Assembly: GCA_045561195.1 (NCBI GenBank)
Contig: JBJKYE010000029.1
Coordinates: 1-49,984, forward strand
DNA length: 49,984 bases
From: Gammaproteobacteria bacterium
GTDB taxonomy: Bacteria; Pseudomonadota; Gammaproteobacteria; GCA-002705445; GCA-002716945
Reading direction: 5' to 3'
Shown here: positions 29,863 through 38,466 of the stretch, one piece after another
Layout: each line of letters begins with the position of its first letter
Numbering within the stretch: the first letter of the stretch is position 1
The notes under the pieces: generated by a model
Told to the model about the DNA's origin: nothing
The model's database searches: none
Seen by the model: only the letters and a program-made list of their open reading frames with translations
Made by a program: the position numbers and the translations under genes

Positions 29863-30338
29863 GGATATTGGCACAAACTAAGTCTAAACGTGAGAAAGTT
29901 GCTGAACTTAATGTTATAAATCAGGGGTTTAGAGTATTATTACCTACCATAGTGACTAAGAAATTCTCTAATTCTGAATGGAAGGAATATGAAGAATATC
30001 TCTTTCCAGGGTACATATTCATTAATCTGAAGGGAAATCTAAATAAAATAGGTTCATTAACTTATACAACAGGCATTCTTAAACTTCTTGTAGACCGAAT
30101 AACCGGTAATCCTTATGTTATTGAACAAGAGATAATAGACGGTATATCCAAAAAAAATACTATAACTATCAATGAGATAAAGAAGGGATCTAAAGTAAAT
30201 ATCACTAAAGGAACATCAGTTCTCAATGGTGTTTTTTTAGAAAAGAGGGGCGCTAAGCGTGCACTGATACTACTTAATATTCTTAATCAACCCAGAGAAG
30301 TCTCTGTAAATTATCGTGATATACAACCCTACTACTAG
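29859..30338 (+). CDS. rfaH: RfaH/NusG-like transcription antitermination factor
   Basis: 159 aa from the internal ATG. MWILAQTKSKREKVAELNVINQGF...LFPGYIFINL parallels the E. coli RfaH N-terminus (WYLLYCKRGQ...LFPNYLFVEF). The C-terminal KOW-like part (GSKVNITKG...GVFLEKRG..RALILLNIL) parallels GDKVIITEGAFEGFQAIF...RSMLLLNLI. The ORF-track start at 29790 overlaps ugd and is unlikely. Confidence 0.75.
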   Translation: MWILAQTKSKREKVAELNVINQGFRVLLPTIVTKKFSNSEWKEYEEYLFPGYIFINLKGNLNKIGSLTYTTGILKLLVDRITGNPYVIEQEIIDGISKKNTITINEIKKGSKVNITKGTSVLNGVFLEKRGAKRALILLNILNQPREVSVNYRDIQPYY

Positions 30339-30369
30339 CTATTGCTTTTTTTCCTTTAATTATATAATA

Positions 30370-30391
30370 TGTTCAGTGTATGAACATATGT
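30370..30391 (+). repeat. 22-nt motif copy 2 (TGTTCAGTGTATGAACATATGT)
   Basis: Read directly. It lies 32 nt downstream of the rfaH-like stop and immediately upstream of the ops-like element. Confidence 0.8.
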
Positions 30392-30394
30392 TCT

Positions 30395-30406
30395 TGCGGT
30401 AGCCTG
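30395..30406 (+). promoter_or_regulatory. ops-like RfaH recruitment element (within a JUMPStart-like leader, 30374-30406)
   Basis: TGCGGTAGCCTG compared with the ops consensus GGCGGTAGnnTG matches at 9 of the 10 specified positions. It is on the non-template (+) strand, 17 nt upstream of the GT2 start. CAGTG at 30374 is reminiscent of the 5' end of the 39-bp JUMPStart consensus. Confidence 0.6.
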
Positions 30407-30423
30407 TCTGACAAAATAATAAA

Positions 30424-31347
30424 ATGAACGATATTACAGTTATTATTCCATTCTTTAATGAAGATAGTACGTTACGTACGACCATGGATTCATTAGTCGC
30501 CCAAAAATATAAGCCAGCTAGGGTGCTAATGGTTGATTCTGGATCCACAGATAAGTCAGCAGATATCATAAATGAGTATACTGATATTAAGGATATATCA
30601 ATCGAATTATTACAACCAATGTTAGGAAGCCCTAGTTCATCGATTAATTATGCTATAAAACATGTCAAAACAACTTATATTGCGTATATTGATTGTGGCT
30701 TGATTATTCCAGCTAATTGGTTAGAGAGTCAGTATAAGTTACTAAAGAAAAACAATGATCTTATTGTATCAACCCAGATCTACACAGATGGTCAAGATAT
30801 AATAGATAAATCTCTAATAGCGCAAACATATGGCTATAAAAATAAAACAATATGTCTACCTGGATCTCTGATAGATATAAAATTATTTGATATAGTTGGA
30901 TTACTAGAAGACAACATGAGAGCTGGGTATGATATTGATTTCATTAATAGGTTAAAACAAAAAAGTATAAAGAGGTTGGTAAATAAAAAAATATCTTTAA
31001 AATATATTGGCATTAATTATGCGAAGGATTATATTTCAGCAGCCAAAAAAGTATTCAATTATTCATTATCTGGATGGAAAACAGAGAGTGATTATAAGCC
31101 ATTTTTATATATGTTTTTTATATTTATTGCACTTTTTTCTATTTACTCAGACATATTTTTAAAATTTTTATTTTTTTATCTAGTACTTCGTGGATATGTT
31201 GCACCATTTATTAAATCTAAGCATCTATTTGATGAAAAAGATATTTATTTTTATTTAGCGCTTCCTGTCACTGCAATAGTTTTTGATATATCTAGATCTA
31301 TGGGTTATTTGTTAACTTTAAAAAGAATGGTTATGAATACTAAATGA
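30424..31347 (+). CDS. Family 2 glycosyltransferase with C-terminal membrane segments
   Basis: The N-terminus VIIPFFNEDSTL...MVDSGSTD is typical of GT-A/GT2, and an acidic DxD-type region follows (IAYIDCG). Two or three hydrophobic helices sit at the C-terminus. No obvious SD precedes the ATG. Confidence 0.8.
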   Translation: MNDITVIIPFFNEDSTLRTTMDSLVAQKYKPARVLMVDSGSTDKSADIINEYTDIKDISIELLQPMLGSPSSSINYAIKHVKTTYIAYIDCGLIIPANWLESQYKLLKKNNDLIVSTQIYTDGQDIIDKSLIAQTYGYKNKTICLPGSLIDIKLFDIVGLLEDNMRAGYDIDFINRLKQKSIKRLVNKKISLKYIGINYAKDYISAAKKVFNYSLSGWKTESDYKPFLYMFFIFIALFSIYSDIFLKFLFFYLVLRGYVAPFIKSKHLFDEKDIYFYLALPVTAIVFDISRSMGYLLTLKRMVMNTK

Positions 31348-31452
31348 AGATAGCATCATCTCATCATAATATTTTTGTATATAATAAGCAGGGTAATCAT
31401 CTAGCCCTATTATATTAGATGAATTAATAAATATTTATAAGGAACGGAATAA

Positions 31453-31821
31453 GTGAAAAATAAAGTAGATAAAAATCAAGAGAATGATATGTATATGCTG
31501 AGATATCTTGAACAAAAACAGGAAGTTAGTCAGCGTGAAATAGCTCAACATCTTGGAATCAGTCTAGGGAAAGTAAATTATATTTTAAATGCTTTTGTTG
31601 AAAAAGGAATAGTTAAGGCTAAAAATTTTAAAAACAATAAAAATAAGCGTGCATATGCATATTATTTGACTACTGAAGGCATTAAAGAAAAAGCTAAAAT
31701 GACTTTAGGATTCTTTAAGAGAAAAAATGATGAATACGACAAGCTAAAAATTGAACTTCAATTGTTAGAAAAAGAGGTTAAAACTTCACAAGCAACTCTG
31801 GATGGTAATGATGAAGATTAA
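31453..31821 (+). CDS. MarR-family, EPS-associated winged-helix transcriptional regulator
   Basis: SQREIAQHLGISLGKVNYILNAFVEKGIVKAKNFKNNKNKRAYAYYLTTEGIKEK matches the small EPS-locus MarR family pattern, followed by a C-terminal coiled coil. The start is GTG; an alternative ATG lies 12 codons downstream (MYML...). Confidence 0.8.
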   Translation: MKNKVDKNQENDMYMLRYLEQKQEVSQREIAQHLGISLGKVNYILNAFVEKGIVKAKNFKNNKNKRAYAYYLTTEGIKEKAKMTLGFFKRKNDEYDKLKIELQLLEKEVKTSQATLDGNDED

Positions 31822-32974
31822 CAAAGATCTTTTAAATGAGTTGTCCATGAAAATAATTTCTGCTATAGGTCAGAAAAGGTATCAATATTTTGTTCATGAA
31901 CCTATATTGGCATCATCATCAAATAAATATTTAATGAAATGTATCGACTCTAATAATGTCTCGAGTATGGGAGAATATATACAAAAGTTTGAAGAAAAAT
32001 TAAAAAAAATCACAAACTCTAAATATATTGTATTAACAAATACTGGAACGGCTGCTTTATTTATAGCCTTGAAAAGAATTAATGTAAAAGATTGTGAAGT
32101 CCTGGTGCCCAGTATGACTTTTGCTGCAACATCAAATGCTGTTATCTATAATGATGGAATTCCCCATTATATTGATAGCTGTCATGATAATCCATGTTTA
32201 GACATAGATAAGCTATCTGTATATTTAGAGCAGATATGTATTATGAAAAATAATATTTGTTATAATAAAAAAAGCAAAAGAAGAATAAAATCCCTGGTTG
32301 TTGTGCATGCTTATGGCTATATGACTGATATGTCTAAATTGATAAAATTATGCAAGAAATATAATCTTAAATTATTAGAAGATGCAGCAGGCGCATTAGG
32401 ATCATATTATAAAAATAAACATGCTGGAACATTTTCGGATTATGGAATAATAAGTTTCAACGGCAATAAGATCGTAACAACAGGTATGGGTGGCGCGCTG
32501 CTCTTAAAAAATCATACTGAATATAAAGAAATCAAGCATATTATCAGTACTTCAAGACTGCAGCATCCATACGAAATAGAACATGATAGTGTTGGATATA
32601 ATCTACGAATGACTAATATAAATGCAGCTTTAGGATACTCGCAACTTATAAATTTTCAATCAACTCTTAAAAAGAAAAAGAAATTATATCAAAGATATTT
32701 GATTAACTTAAAAGAAAGTGAAATTTGTAGAGTTATTGAGGAAAAAAAATTTTCTAATCAAAATCATTGGATTAATAATCTTATAATTAAGGATAAATAT
32801 ATTAATAATAAAAAAGAAATATTTGAGTATTTACATTTAAAAGGAATACGGTGTAGGGCATCCTGGAAACCACAGCATTTATTAAAAATGAATTTAAGTC
32901 ATCCTAGAATGAAGATGGAGAATTGTATTAAATTATGGAAATCAACAATAAGCTTACCTAGTAGTTATATATAG
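31802..32974 (+). CDS. legC: DegT/DnrJ/EryC1-family PLP aminotransferase, LegC-like
   Basis: The aminotransferase fold shows LTNTGTAALFIAL, VPSMTFAATSNAV, LLEDAAGALGS and ISFNGNKIVTTGMGGALL (PLP lysine). The gene sits directly upstream of a LegB-like dehydratase. Confidence 0.8.
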   Translation: MVMMKINKDLLNELSMKIISAIGQKRYQYFVHEPILASSSNKYLMKCIDSNNVSSMGEYIQKFEEKLKKITNSKYIVLTNTGTAALFIALKRINVKDCEVLVPSMTFAATSNAVIYNDGIPHYIDSCHDNPCLDIDKLSVYLEQICIMKNNICYNKKSKRRIKSLVVVHAYGYMTDMSKLIKLCKKYNLKLLEDAAGALGSYYKNKHAGTFSDYGIISFNGNKIVTTGMGGALLLKNHTEYKEIKHIISTSRLQHPYEIEHDSVGYNLRMTNINAALGYSQLINFQSTLKKKKKLYQRYLINLKESEICRVIEEKKFSNQNHWINNLIIKDKYINNKKEIFEYLHLKGIRCRASWKPQHLLKMNLSHPRMKMENCIKLWKSTISLPSSYI

Positions 32975-32977
32975 ATT

Positions 32978-33997
32978 ATGAAAAATATTAATTATAAGAA
33001 TAAAAAAATACTGATTACAGGCGCAGATGGATTTATAGGATCTCATCTTGTGGAAAAACTATCGAGCTATAATTGCAATATTACAGCAATGTCGCTTTAC
33101 AACTCATTTAATACATGGGGTTGGCTTGATAATATAGATAAAAATATTTTAAATAATATTGAAATAATAAGTGGTGACATAAGAGATTATAAATTCGTAA
33201 ATAAAGCAGTAAAAAATTCAGATATGGTTTTTCACCTTGCATCATTAATAGCTATACCATATTCATATCATTCACCTAATTCATATTTACAGACTAATGT
33301 TCAAGGAACTTTGAATGTTTTAGAGGCAGCGTTAGATTGTAATATTGAGAAAATTATTCATACATCAACCAGTGAAGTTTATGGTGATACAAAAAAAATA
33401 CCTATAAATGAAGATACCCCTATCATATCAAAGTCTCCATACTCAGCTACAAAAATTGCAGCTGATCAATTAGCATATTCATATTACAGTAGTTTTGATT
33501 TACCTATATCAATAATTAGACCTTTTAATACATATGGACCAAGACAATCAAACAGAGCAATCATCCCAACAATCATTACCCAAATATTATCTGGCAATAA
33601 GAAAATTAATCTTGGATCACTATATCCAACAAGAGACTTTTCATATATTGATGATACTGTAAATGGTTTTCTTATGATTGGAGAATCATCAAAAAGCCTA
33701 GGTGAAGTTATTAATATTGGTGCGGGTTATGAAATCTCAATTAAAGACCTATGTGAACTAATTGGAGAGATCATGGATGTAGATATTAAGATTATATCTG
33801 ATCAAGCCAGAATTAGACCAGAGGCAGGAGAAGTTTATCGTTTAAGAGCAGATAATAAAAAAGCAAAAAAACTCTTGAACTGGAAACCTGAATTTTCAGG
33901 TAAAAACGGATTAAAACAAGGACTCAAAAAAACAATTAGATGGTTCAGTGACCCTGACAATATTAATAGATATAAGACCAGCTTTTATAATATTTGA
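32978..33997 (+). CDS. legB: NAD-dependent sugar-nucleotide 4,6-dehydratase, LegB-like (extended SDR)
   Basis: ILITGADGFIGSHL Rossmann motif, STSEVYG, YSATKIAADQL (YxxxK). Confidence 0.8.
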   Translation: MKNINYKNKKILITGADGFIGSHLVEKLSSYNCNITAMSLYNSFNTWGWLDNIDKNILNNIEIISGDIRDYKFVNKAVKNSDMVFHLASLIAIPYSYHSPNSYLQTNVQGTLNVLEAALDCNIEKIIHTSTSEVYGDTKKIPINEDTPIISKSPYSATKIAADQLAYSYYSSFDLPISIIRPFNTYGPRQSNRAIIPTIITQILSGNKKINLGSLYPTRDFSYIDDTVNGFLMIGESSKSLGEVINIGAGYEISIKDLCELIGEIMDVDIKIISDQARIRPEAGEVYRLRADNKKAKKLLNWKPEFSGKNGLKQGLKKTIRWFSDPDNINRYKTSFYNI

Positions 33998-34009
33998 TTA
34001 AGTAAACTA

Positions 34010-35167
34010 GTGAAAAATATAAAGCGTAAAATATGTGTGATTAGTTCCAACAGAGCTGACTACAGCCACTTATATCCTCTTTTATTTGCTATAAAAAAAT
34101 CAAAATCACTTGATTTAAAAGTTATAGTCACTGGTACTCATTTGTTAAAAAAATATGGAGAAACATTTAAAGAGTTTGAAGATGATGGTTTCAAAATAGA
34201 TGCTAAAATTAAAGTTTCGCAGAATAATTCTGGATGTAAAGCCATCATTAAATCTATGTCAATTCAAATGAATAGCGCTCATTCGGTCCTGTCGAAAATG
34301 AAGCCTGACATTATCGTAATTTTAGGAGATAGATATGACATTTATCCTATTGCAATATGCTCTAATTTATTGAATATTCCAATAGCACACTTTCATGGTG
34401 GAGAAGTAACAATGGGTGCTATTGATGATAATTTCAGACATTCAATATCGAAAATGTCACATCTTCATTTTGTGGCGGATGATATTTTCAAAAAAAGACT
34501 AACTAGAATGGGTGAAAATCCAAAAAATATATATAATATTGGTTCTTTAGGTAATTTAGGCATTGATAAAAAAGAATTATTAAATAAGAAACAATTAGAT
34601 GAATATTTTGAATTTACTTATAAGAATTTTATTCTAATATCACTTCATCCAGAAACTATTAATGAAAACAATAAAACTATTATTGATAATATATTAAAGC
34701 TTATTTCTAGTCTGAAAAATATAAATGTAATATTTACTAGTCCAAATTCTGACACTGGATCTGACATGTTAATAAAGAAAATAAAAAATTATGTTTCAAA
34801 GAATAAAGACTCAAGATTTATTAAGTCTGCTGGAAGAAGCTTATATTTAAGTCTTATAAAAAATGCATATTGCATGATAGGTAATTCATCTTCATGTCTA
34901 ATAGAAGCTCCCTATCTTAGCACACCCGCAATATTAATAGGTAATAGGCAGCTTGGTAGGCCTATTAGCAGTAATATTATTTTGAGTGACTATAGATTCG
35001 AATCATTAAGAGATGCTTATTTAAGAATAAATAGTAAAAAATTCATTAAAAATATTAAGAAAGATATTAAATATCTCCCTAAAAACTCTTTAAGTAAAAT
35101 CTTAGATAGGTTAACTAAAATAGATATAAAAAAGATCTTATACAAAGGGTTTTATGATGCCAATTAA
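34010..35167 (+). CDS. legG: Hydrolysing UDP/GDP-N-acetylhexosamine 2-epimerase (NeuC/LegG family)
   Basis: GTG start. Pattern is ICVISSNRADYSHLYPL, VILGDRYD, AHFHGGE and HPET, with the length typical of the NeuC family. Confidence 0.85.
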   Translation: MKNIKRKICVISSNRADYSHLYPLLFAIKKSKSLDLKVIVTGTHLLKKYGETFKEFEDDGFKIDAKIKVSQNNSGCKAIIKSMSIQMNSAHSVLSKMKPDIIVILGDRYDIYPIAICSNLLNIPIAHFHGGEVTMGAIDDNFRHSISKMSHLHFVADDIFKKRLTRMGENPKNIYNIGSLGNLGIDKKELLNKKQLDEYFEFTYKNFILISLHPETINENNKTIIDNILKLISSLKNINVIFTSPNSDTGSDMLIKKIKNYVSKNKDSRFIKSAGRSLYLSLIKNAYCMIGNSSSCLIEAPYLSTPAILIGNRQLGRPISSNIILSDYRFESLRDAYLRINSKKFIKNIKKDIKYLPKNSLSKILDRLTKIDIKKILYKGFYDAN

Positions 35168-36263
35168 TAAAAAATCTAAAATATATATAATAGCAGAAAT
35201 AGGTGTTAATCATAATGGCAGTCTATCTATAGCAAAAAAGCTAATTAAAACTGCAAAAAACTATGGTGCTGACGCTGTAAAATTACAAACATATGATAGC
35301 AATTCTCTAGTAACGCCATATGCAAAAAAGTCACAGTATCAACTTAAGCATAATAATAGTATTTCACAACTTGAAATGTTAAAAAAATATGAGTTATCTA
35401 AATTAAATCATGAAAAACTTTTAAAATATTCAGATAAACTAAAAATAGATTTTATATCAACACCTTTTGATATCAGGAGTTTGAAGTTTTTAATCTCTAA
35501 ACTTAGACTCGGTACTATTAAAGTTTCATCTACAGATATTGATAATATACCTTTCTTGCTAGAAGTCGGTTCTACAAAAGCTAATATTATTATTTCATCT
35601 GGAATGTCATGTTTAAATGATGTTATAGTTGCTTTATCTGCTCTTACGTATGCCAATAAATATAAAAAGAGTGAGTTAAAATATAATTTTAACCCAATTA
35701 AACATAAAAACTTTTATAAGACTAATCTTAAGTTTCTAAAATCTAAGGTTAGCCTTATGCATTGTACAACTGAGTATCCAGCCCCAATTAATGAATTAAA
35801 CTTAAATGTTTTATCTACTTACCGTAAACTCTTTAATATCCCAATTGGGTATTCTGATCATTCTGGAAATTTGATTACTCCTGTGATTGCGGTTACAAAG
35901 GGTGTTGCTTTAATAGAAGCGCATATAACTTTGGATAAAAATATGATTGGCCCTGACCATAAAGCATCTTTAGATCCTGATGAATTTGCTAAATATATTA
36001 AAAACATAAGAGATACTGAAATAATGCTTGGTAGCGAAATTAAAGAAGTCACTAAATCTGAAAAGAAGAATATTCTGACAGCAAGAAAAAGCCTTGTTTT
36101 ATCATGTGATGTAAAGAAAGATGATAAAATTAGTATTGATAATCTAGTAGTTAAAAGACCTGGAAATGGCATCAAGCCAGCAGATTTTTATAAAATTATT
36201 GGTAAAAAAATAAATAAATCATTGAGAGCAAATCATGTGCTTAAAAAGGCAGATATAAAATGA
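35154..36263 (+). CDS. legI: N-acetylneuraminate-synthase-family nonulosonic acid synthase (NeuB/LegI)
   Basis: IIAEIGVNHNGSL..A..GADAVKLQTY, MHCTTEYPAP, GYSDHS and a C-terminal SAF domain (VVKRPGNGIKP). Confidence 0.9.
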   Translation: MMPINKKSKIYIIAEIGVNHNGSLSIAKKLIKTAKNYGADAVKLQTYDSNSLVTPYAKKSQYQLKHNNSISQLEMLKKYELSKLNHEKLLKYSDKLKIDFISTPFDIRSLKFLISKLRLGTIKVSSTDIDNIPFLLEVGSTKANIIISSGMSCLNDVIVALSALTYANKYKKSELKYNFNPIKHKNFYKTNLKFLKSKVSLMHCTTEYPAPINELNLNVLSTYRKLFNIPIGYSDHSGNLITPVIAVTKGVALIEAHITLDKNMIGPDHKASLDPDEFAKYIKNIRDTEIMLGSEIKEVTKSEKKNILTARKSLVLSCDVKKDDKISIDNLVVKRPGNGIKPADFYKIIGKKINKSLRANHVLKKADIK

Positions 36264-37294
36264 CAACAACTGAAAATTTCATAAAGAATAAAGTATCTTC
36301 AGAAGCAACTATAAAAGATGCTGTTGAATTATTACAAGAATGTAAAATGAAGATGATAGTTATAGTCGATAGTGATAATAAGGTTGTGGGTACAATAACT
36401 GATGGCGACATACGTAGAGGTCTCTTGAACAATATACCTTTAACAAATAAATGTTCCTCAATTATGAATAGAAACCCTCGCTGTGCTCTGGGTAGTGATT
36501 CAGTTTTGATTAATGAGTTATTAACAAAAAATAAACTATCAGTTGTTATTGTAGATAAAGATAATAAGTTTGTTGGTATTGAATCATCGATACGAACTGA
36601 CAAAACCGTCTCAAAAAAGAATACTGTAGTCATTATGGCTGGTGGCGAAGGTAAGAGAATGATGCCGCTAACACTTTCCACACCTAAGCCATTACTATAT
36701 ATAAAAGATAAACCAATATTGCATAAAATTATTGATTCATTATCTGCATATGGGTTCTCAAACATCATTATATCTGTTCGTTATAAAGCAGATGATATTA
36801 AAAATTATTTTCAAGATGGCAAAAAATTCAATGTAAATATTAATTATATTGAAGAAAAAGACCCTTTAGGAACAGCTGGGTCATTATCATTACTCAATAC
36901 CAAGCATGAAGGTCCTTTAATTGTGATGAATGGAGATCTTATGACATCAATAAATTATGAGCAGCTCATGAATTTTCATCAAAAATCAAATAAAAGTATA
37001 ACATTATGTACAGTTAACTATGACATTCTCATCCCATTCGGCACCATTAAACTAAATGATTTAGAATTAATGGAAGTAGAAGAAAAACCAATTAAAAGTT
37101 ATCTAATTAATGCTGGGATATATGTAATAGAAAAAAGTGTGATAAGCAAGATGGAAAGAGGAAAAGCTATTGATATGACTAGTCTCATTGATAAATATAT
37201 TGAGGAAAAATCAGTATCTGTATTTCCATTACATGAACATTGGCTGGATGTCGGAAATCCTGAAAATCTAAAAAAAGCTCAAGAAATAGAATAA
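36260..37294 (+). CDS. ptmE: CBS-pair + sugar-1-phosphate nucleotidyltransferase (PtmE-like)
   Basis: The N-terminal tandem CBS motifs (VVGTITDGDIRRGLL) are followed by VVIMAGGEGKRMMPLTLSTPKPLL. This architecture is characteristic of the GDP-sugar-forming enzyme of Campylobacter-type Leg clusters. Confidence 0.8.
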   Translation: MTTTENFIKNKVSSEATIKDAVELLQECKMKMIVIVDSDNKVVGTITDGDIRRGLLNNIPLTNKCSSIMNRNPRCALGSDSVLINELLTKNKLSVVIVDKDNKFVGIESSIRTDKTVSKKNTVVIMAGGEGKRMMPLTLSTPKPLLYIKDKPILHKIIDSLSAYGFSNIIISVRYKADDIKNYFQDGKKFNVNINYIEEKDPLGTAGSLSLLNTKHEGPLIVMNGDLMTSINYEQLMNFHQKSNKSITLCTVNYDILIPFGTIKLNDLELMEVEEKPIKSYLINAGIYVIEKSVISKMERGKAIDMTSLIDKYIEEKSVSVFPLHEHWLDVGNPENLKKAQEIE

Positions 37295-38287
37295 TTGATA
37301 AAAACTGATGTAATTATTATTGGTACGGGAAGCATTGCCTTGAAGCATGCTTCTATAATTAAGGAGTTTTATCCAGATTTAGATATGACATTATATAATT
37401 ATAGAAAAAGAGTGTTCCATAAACAAAAAAAAATAGACAAAAAAATACTATCATTATTTAGTAATATTACTGATGATTATTCGCTAATCCTGCCATATAC
37501 AAATAAATCATTTGCTGTCATCGCTTCACCTCCTAGCTATCATATTGAACATGCCTTATTATTCGCGAAAAAGAAATTTCATATATTATGCGAGAAACCT
37601 TTGACAGATAAAAAAGATCAATTGAAGAATTTAATCAAACTGCTTGATCAAAATAACTTATCATCGCATGTTGGATATAATATGAGATTTTTAGAATCTA
37701 TTACTTTTTTAAAAAAAATTATAGATAAAAAAATATTTGGCAAAATTTTAAGCAGTAATATAGCAGTACATACTAATTTTACTACATGGCGACCAAATAA
37801 ACTCTATACAAAAACTTCAACTGCCATAAGATCATTAGGCGGAGGTGTTGTTAATGAGCTTTCACATGAGATAGATTATATGAATCATATATTTGGATGC
37901 CCTGTAGCTCAACAGTCAATTGTTCATAAAAGGAAAAGATTATGTTTAGACGTATATGATACATGTAATGCAAGATTTTTATATCCAGAGTTCAAAGTTG
38001 ACGTTTCCTTAGATATGTTGTCATCTACTGAGAAACGCACATGTTATATTATTTTTGAAAAGGCTAATATACTTCTGAATTTTAGAACAAATATAATGCA
38101 TATTTTTAAATTCAAAGGAGGGGACAGCGTATATACCTTTGCAAAAGGCATGGCTGATACATATATTGATCAGATCAAATACTTTGTAAAAAAAATAAAA
38201 TATAAGACGATTAATGAAACTGACATTAGTAGCTATTCAGTATTTACGAAGAGTCTTTTAGAAATAAATAATACTTCTAATGACTAA
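37295..38287 (+). CDS. ptmF: Gfo/Idh/MocA-family oxidoreductase (PtmF-like)
   Basis: The start is TTG, immediately after the ptmE stop. VIIIGTGSIALKH Rossmann motif and an EKP motif (ILCEKPL). Confidence 0.7.
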   Translation: MIKTDVIIIGTGSIALKHASIIKEFYPDLDMTLYNYRKRVFHKQKKIDKKILSLFSNITDDYSLILPYTNKSFAVIASPPSYHIEHALLFAKKKFHILCEKPLTDKKDQLKNLIKLLDQNNLSSHVGYNMRFLESITFLKKIIDKKIFGKILSSNIAVHTNFTTWRPNKLYTKTSTAIRSLGGGVVNELSHEIDYMNHIFGCPVAQQSIVHKRKRLCLDVYDTCNARFLYPEFKVDVSLDMLSSTEKRTCYIIFEKANILLNFRTNIMHIFKFKGGDSVYTFAKGMADTYIDQIKYFVKKIKYKTINETDISSYSVFTKSLLEINNTSND

Positions 38288-38466
38288 AAATAAAAATATC
38301 ATATTAACTATTACTCATGATAGATGCTGCGCCATCAAAGATAAAAAGTTTTATTTATATCATAATGATCTATATAAAATATTAATGGTTGATTCAGGCT
38401 CTATAGATAAATTTTAAAAATTATGATAACTTTATTTAGGAATATTCTTACAGGATTAAATAGCTC

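Noticed and set aside
31348-31452. Possible terminator hairpin (AGGG-N11-CCCT at about 31391-31409) after the GT2 gene
   Set aside because: The stem is only 4 bp with an 11-nt loop and has no clean U-tract. That is too weak to call a terminator.
36241-36768. 175-aa ORF on the minus strand
   Set aside because: It lies entirely antisense to the well-supported ptmE-like CBS-nucleotidyltransferase gene. Its composition is low-complexity (Ile/Ser/Leu-rich) with no recognisable motifs. It is a typical shadow ORF of an AT-rich gene.
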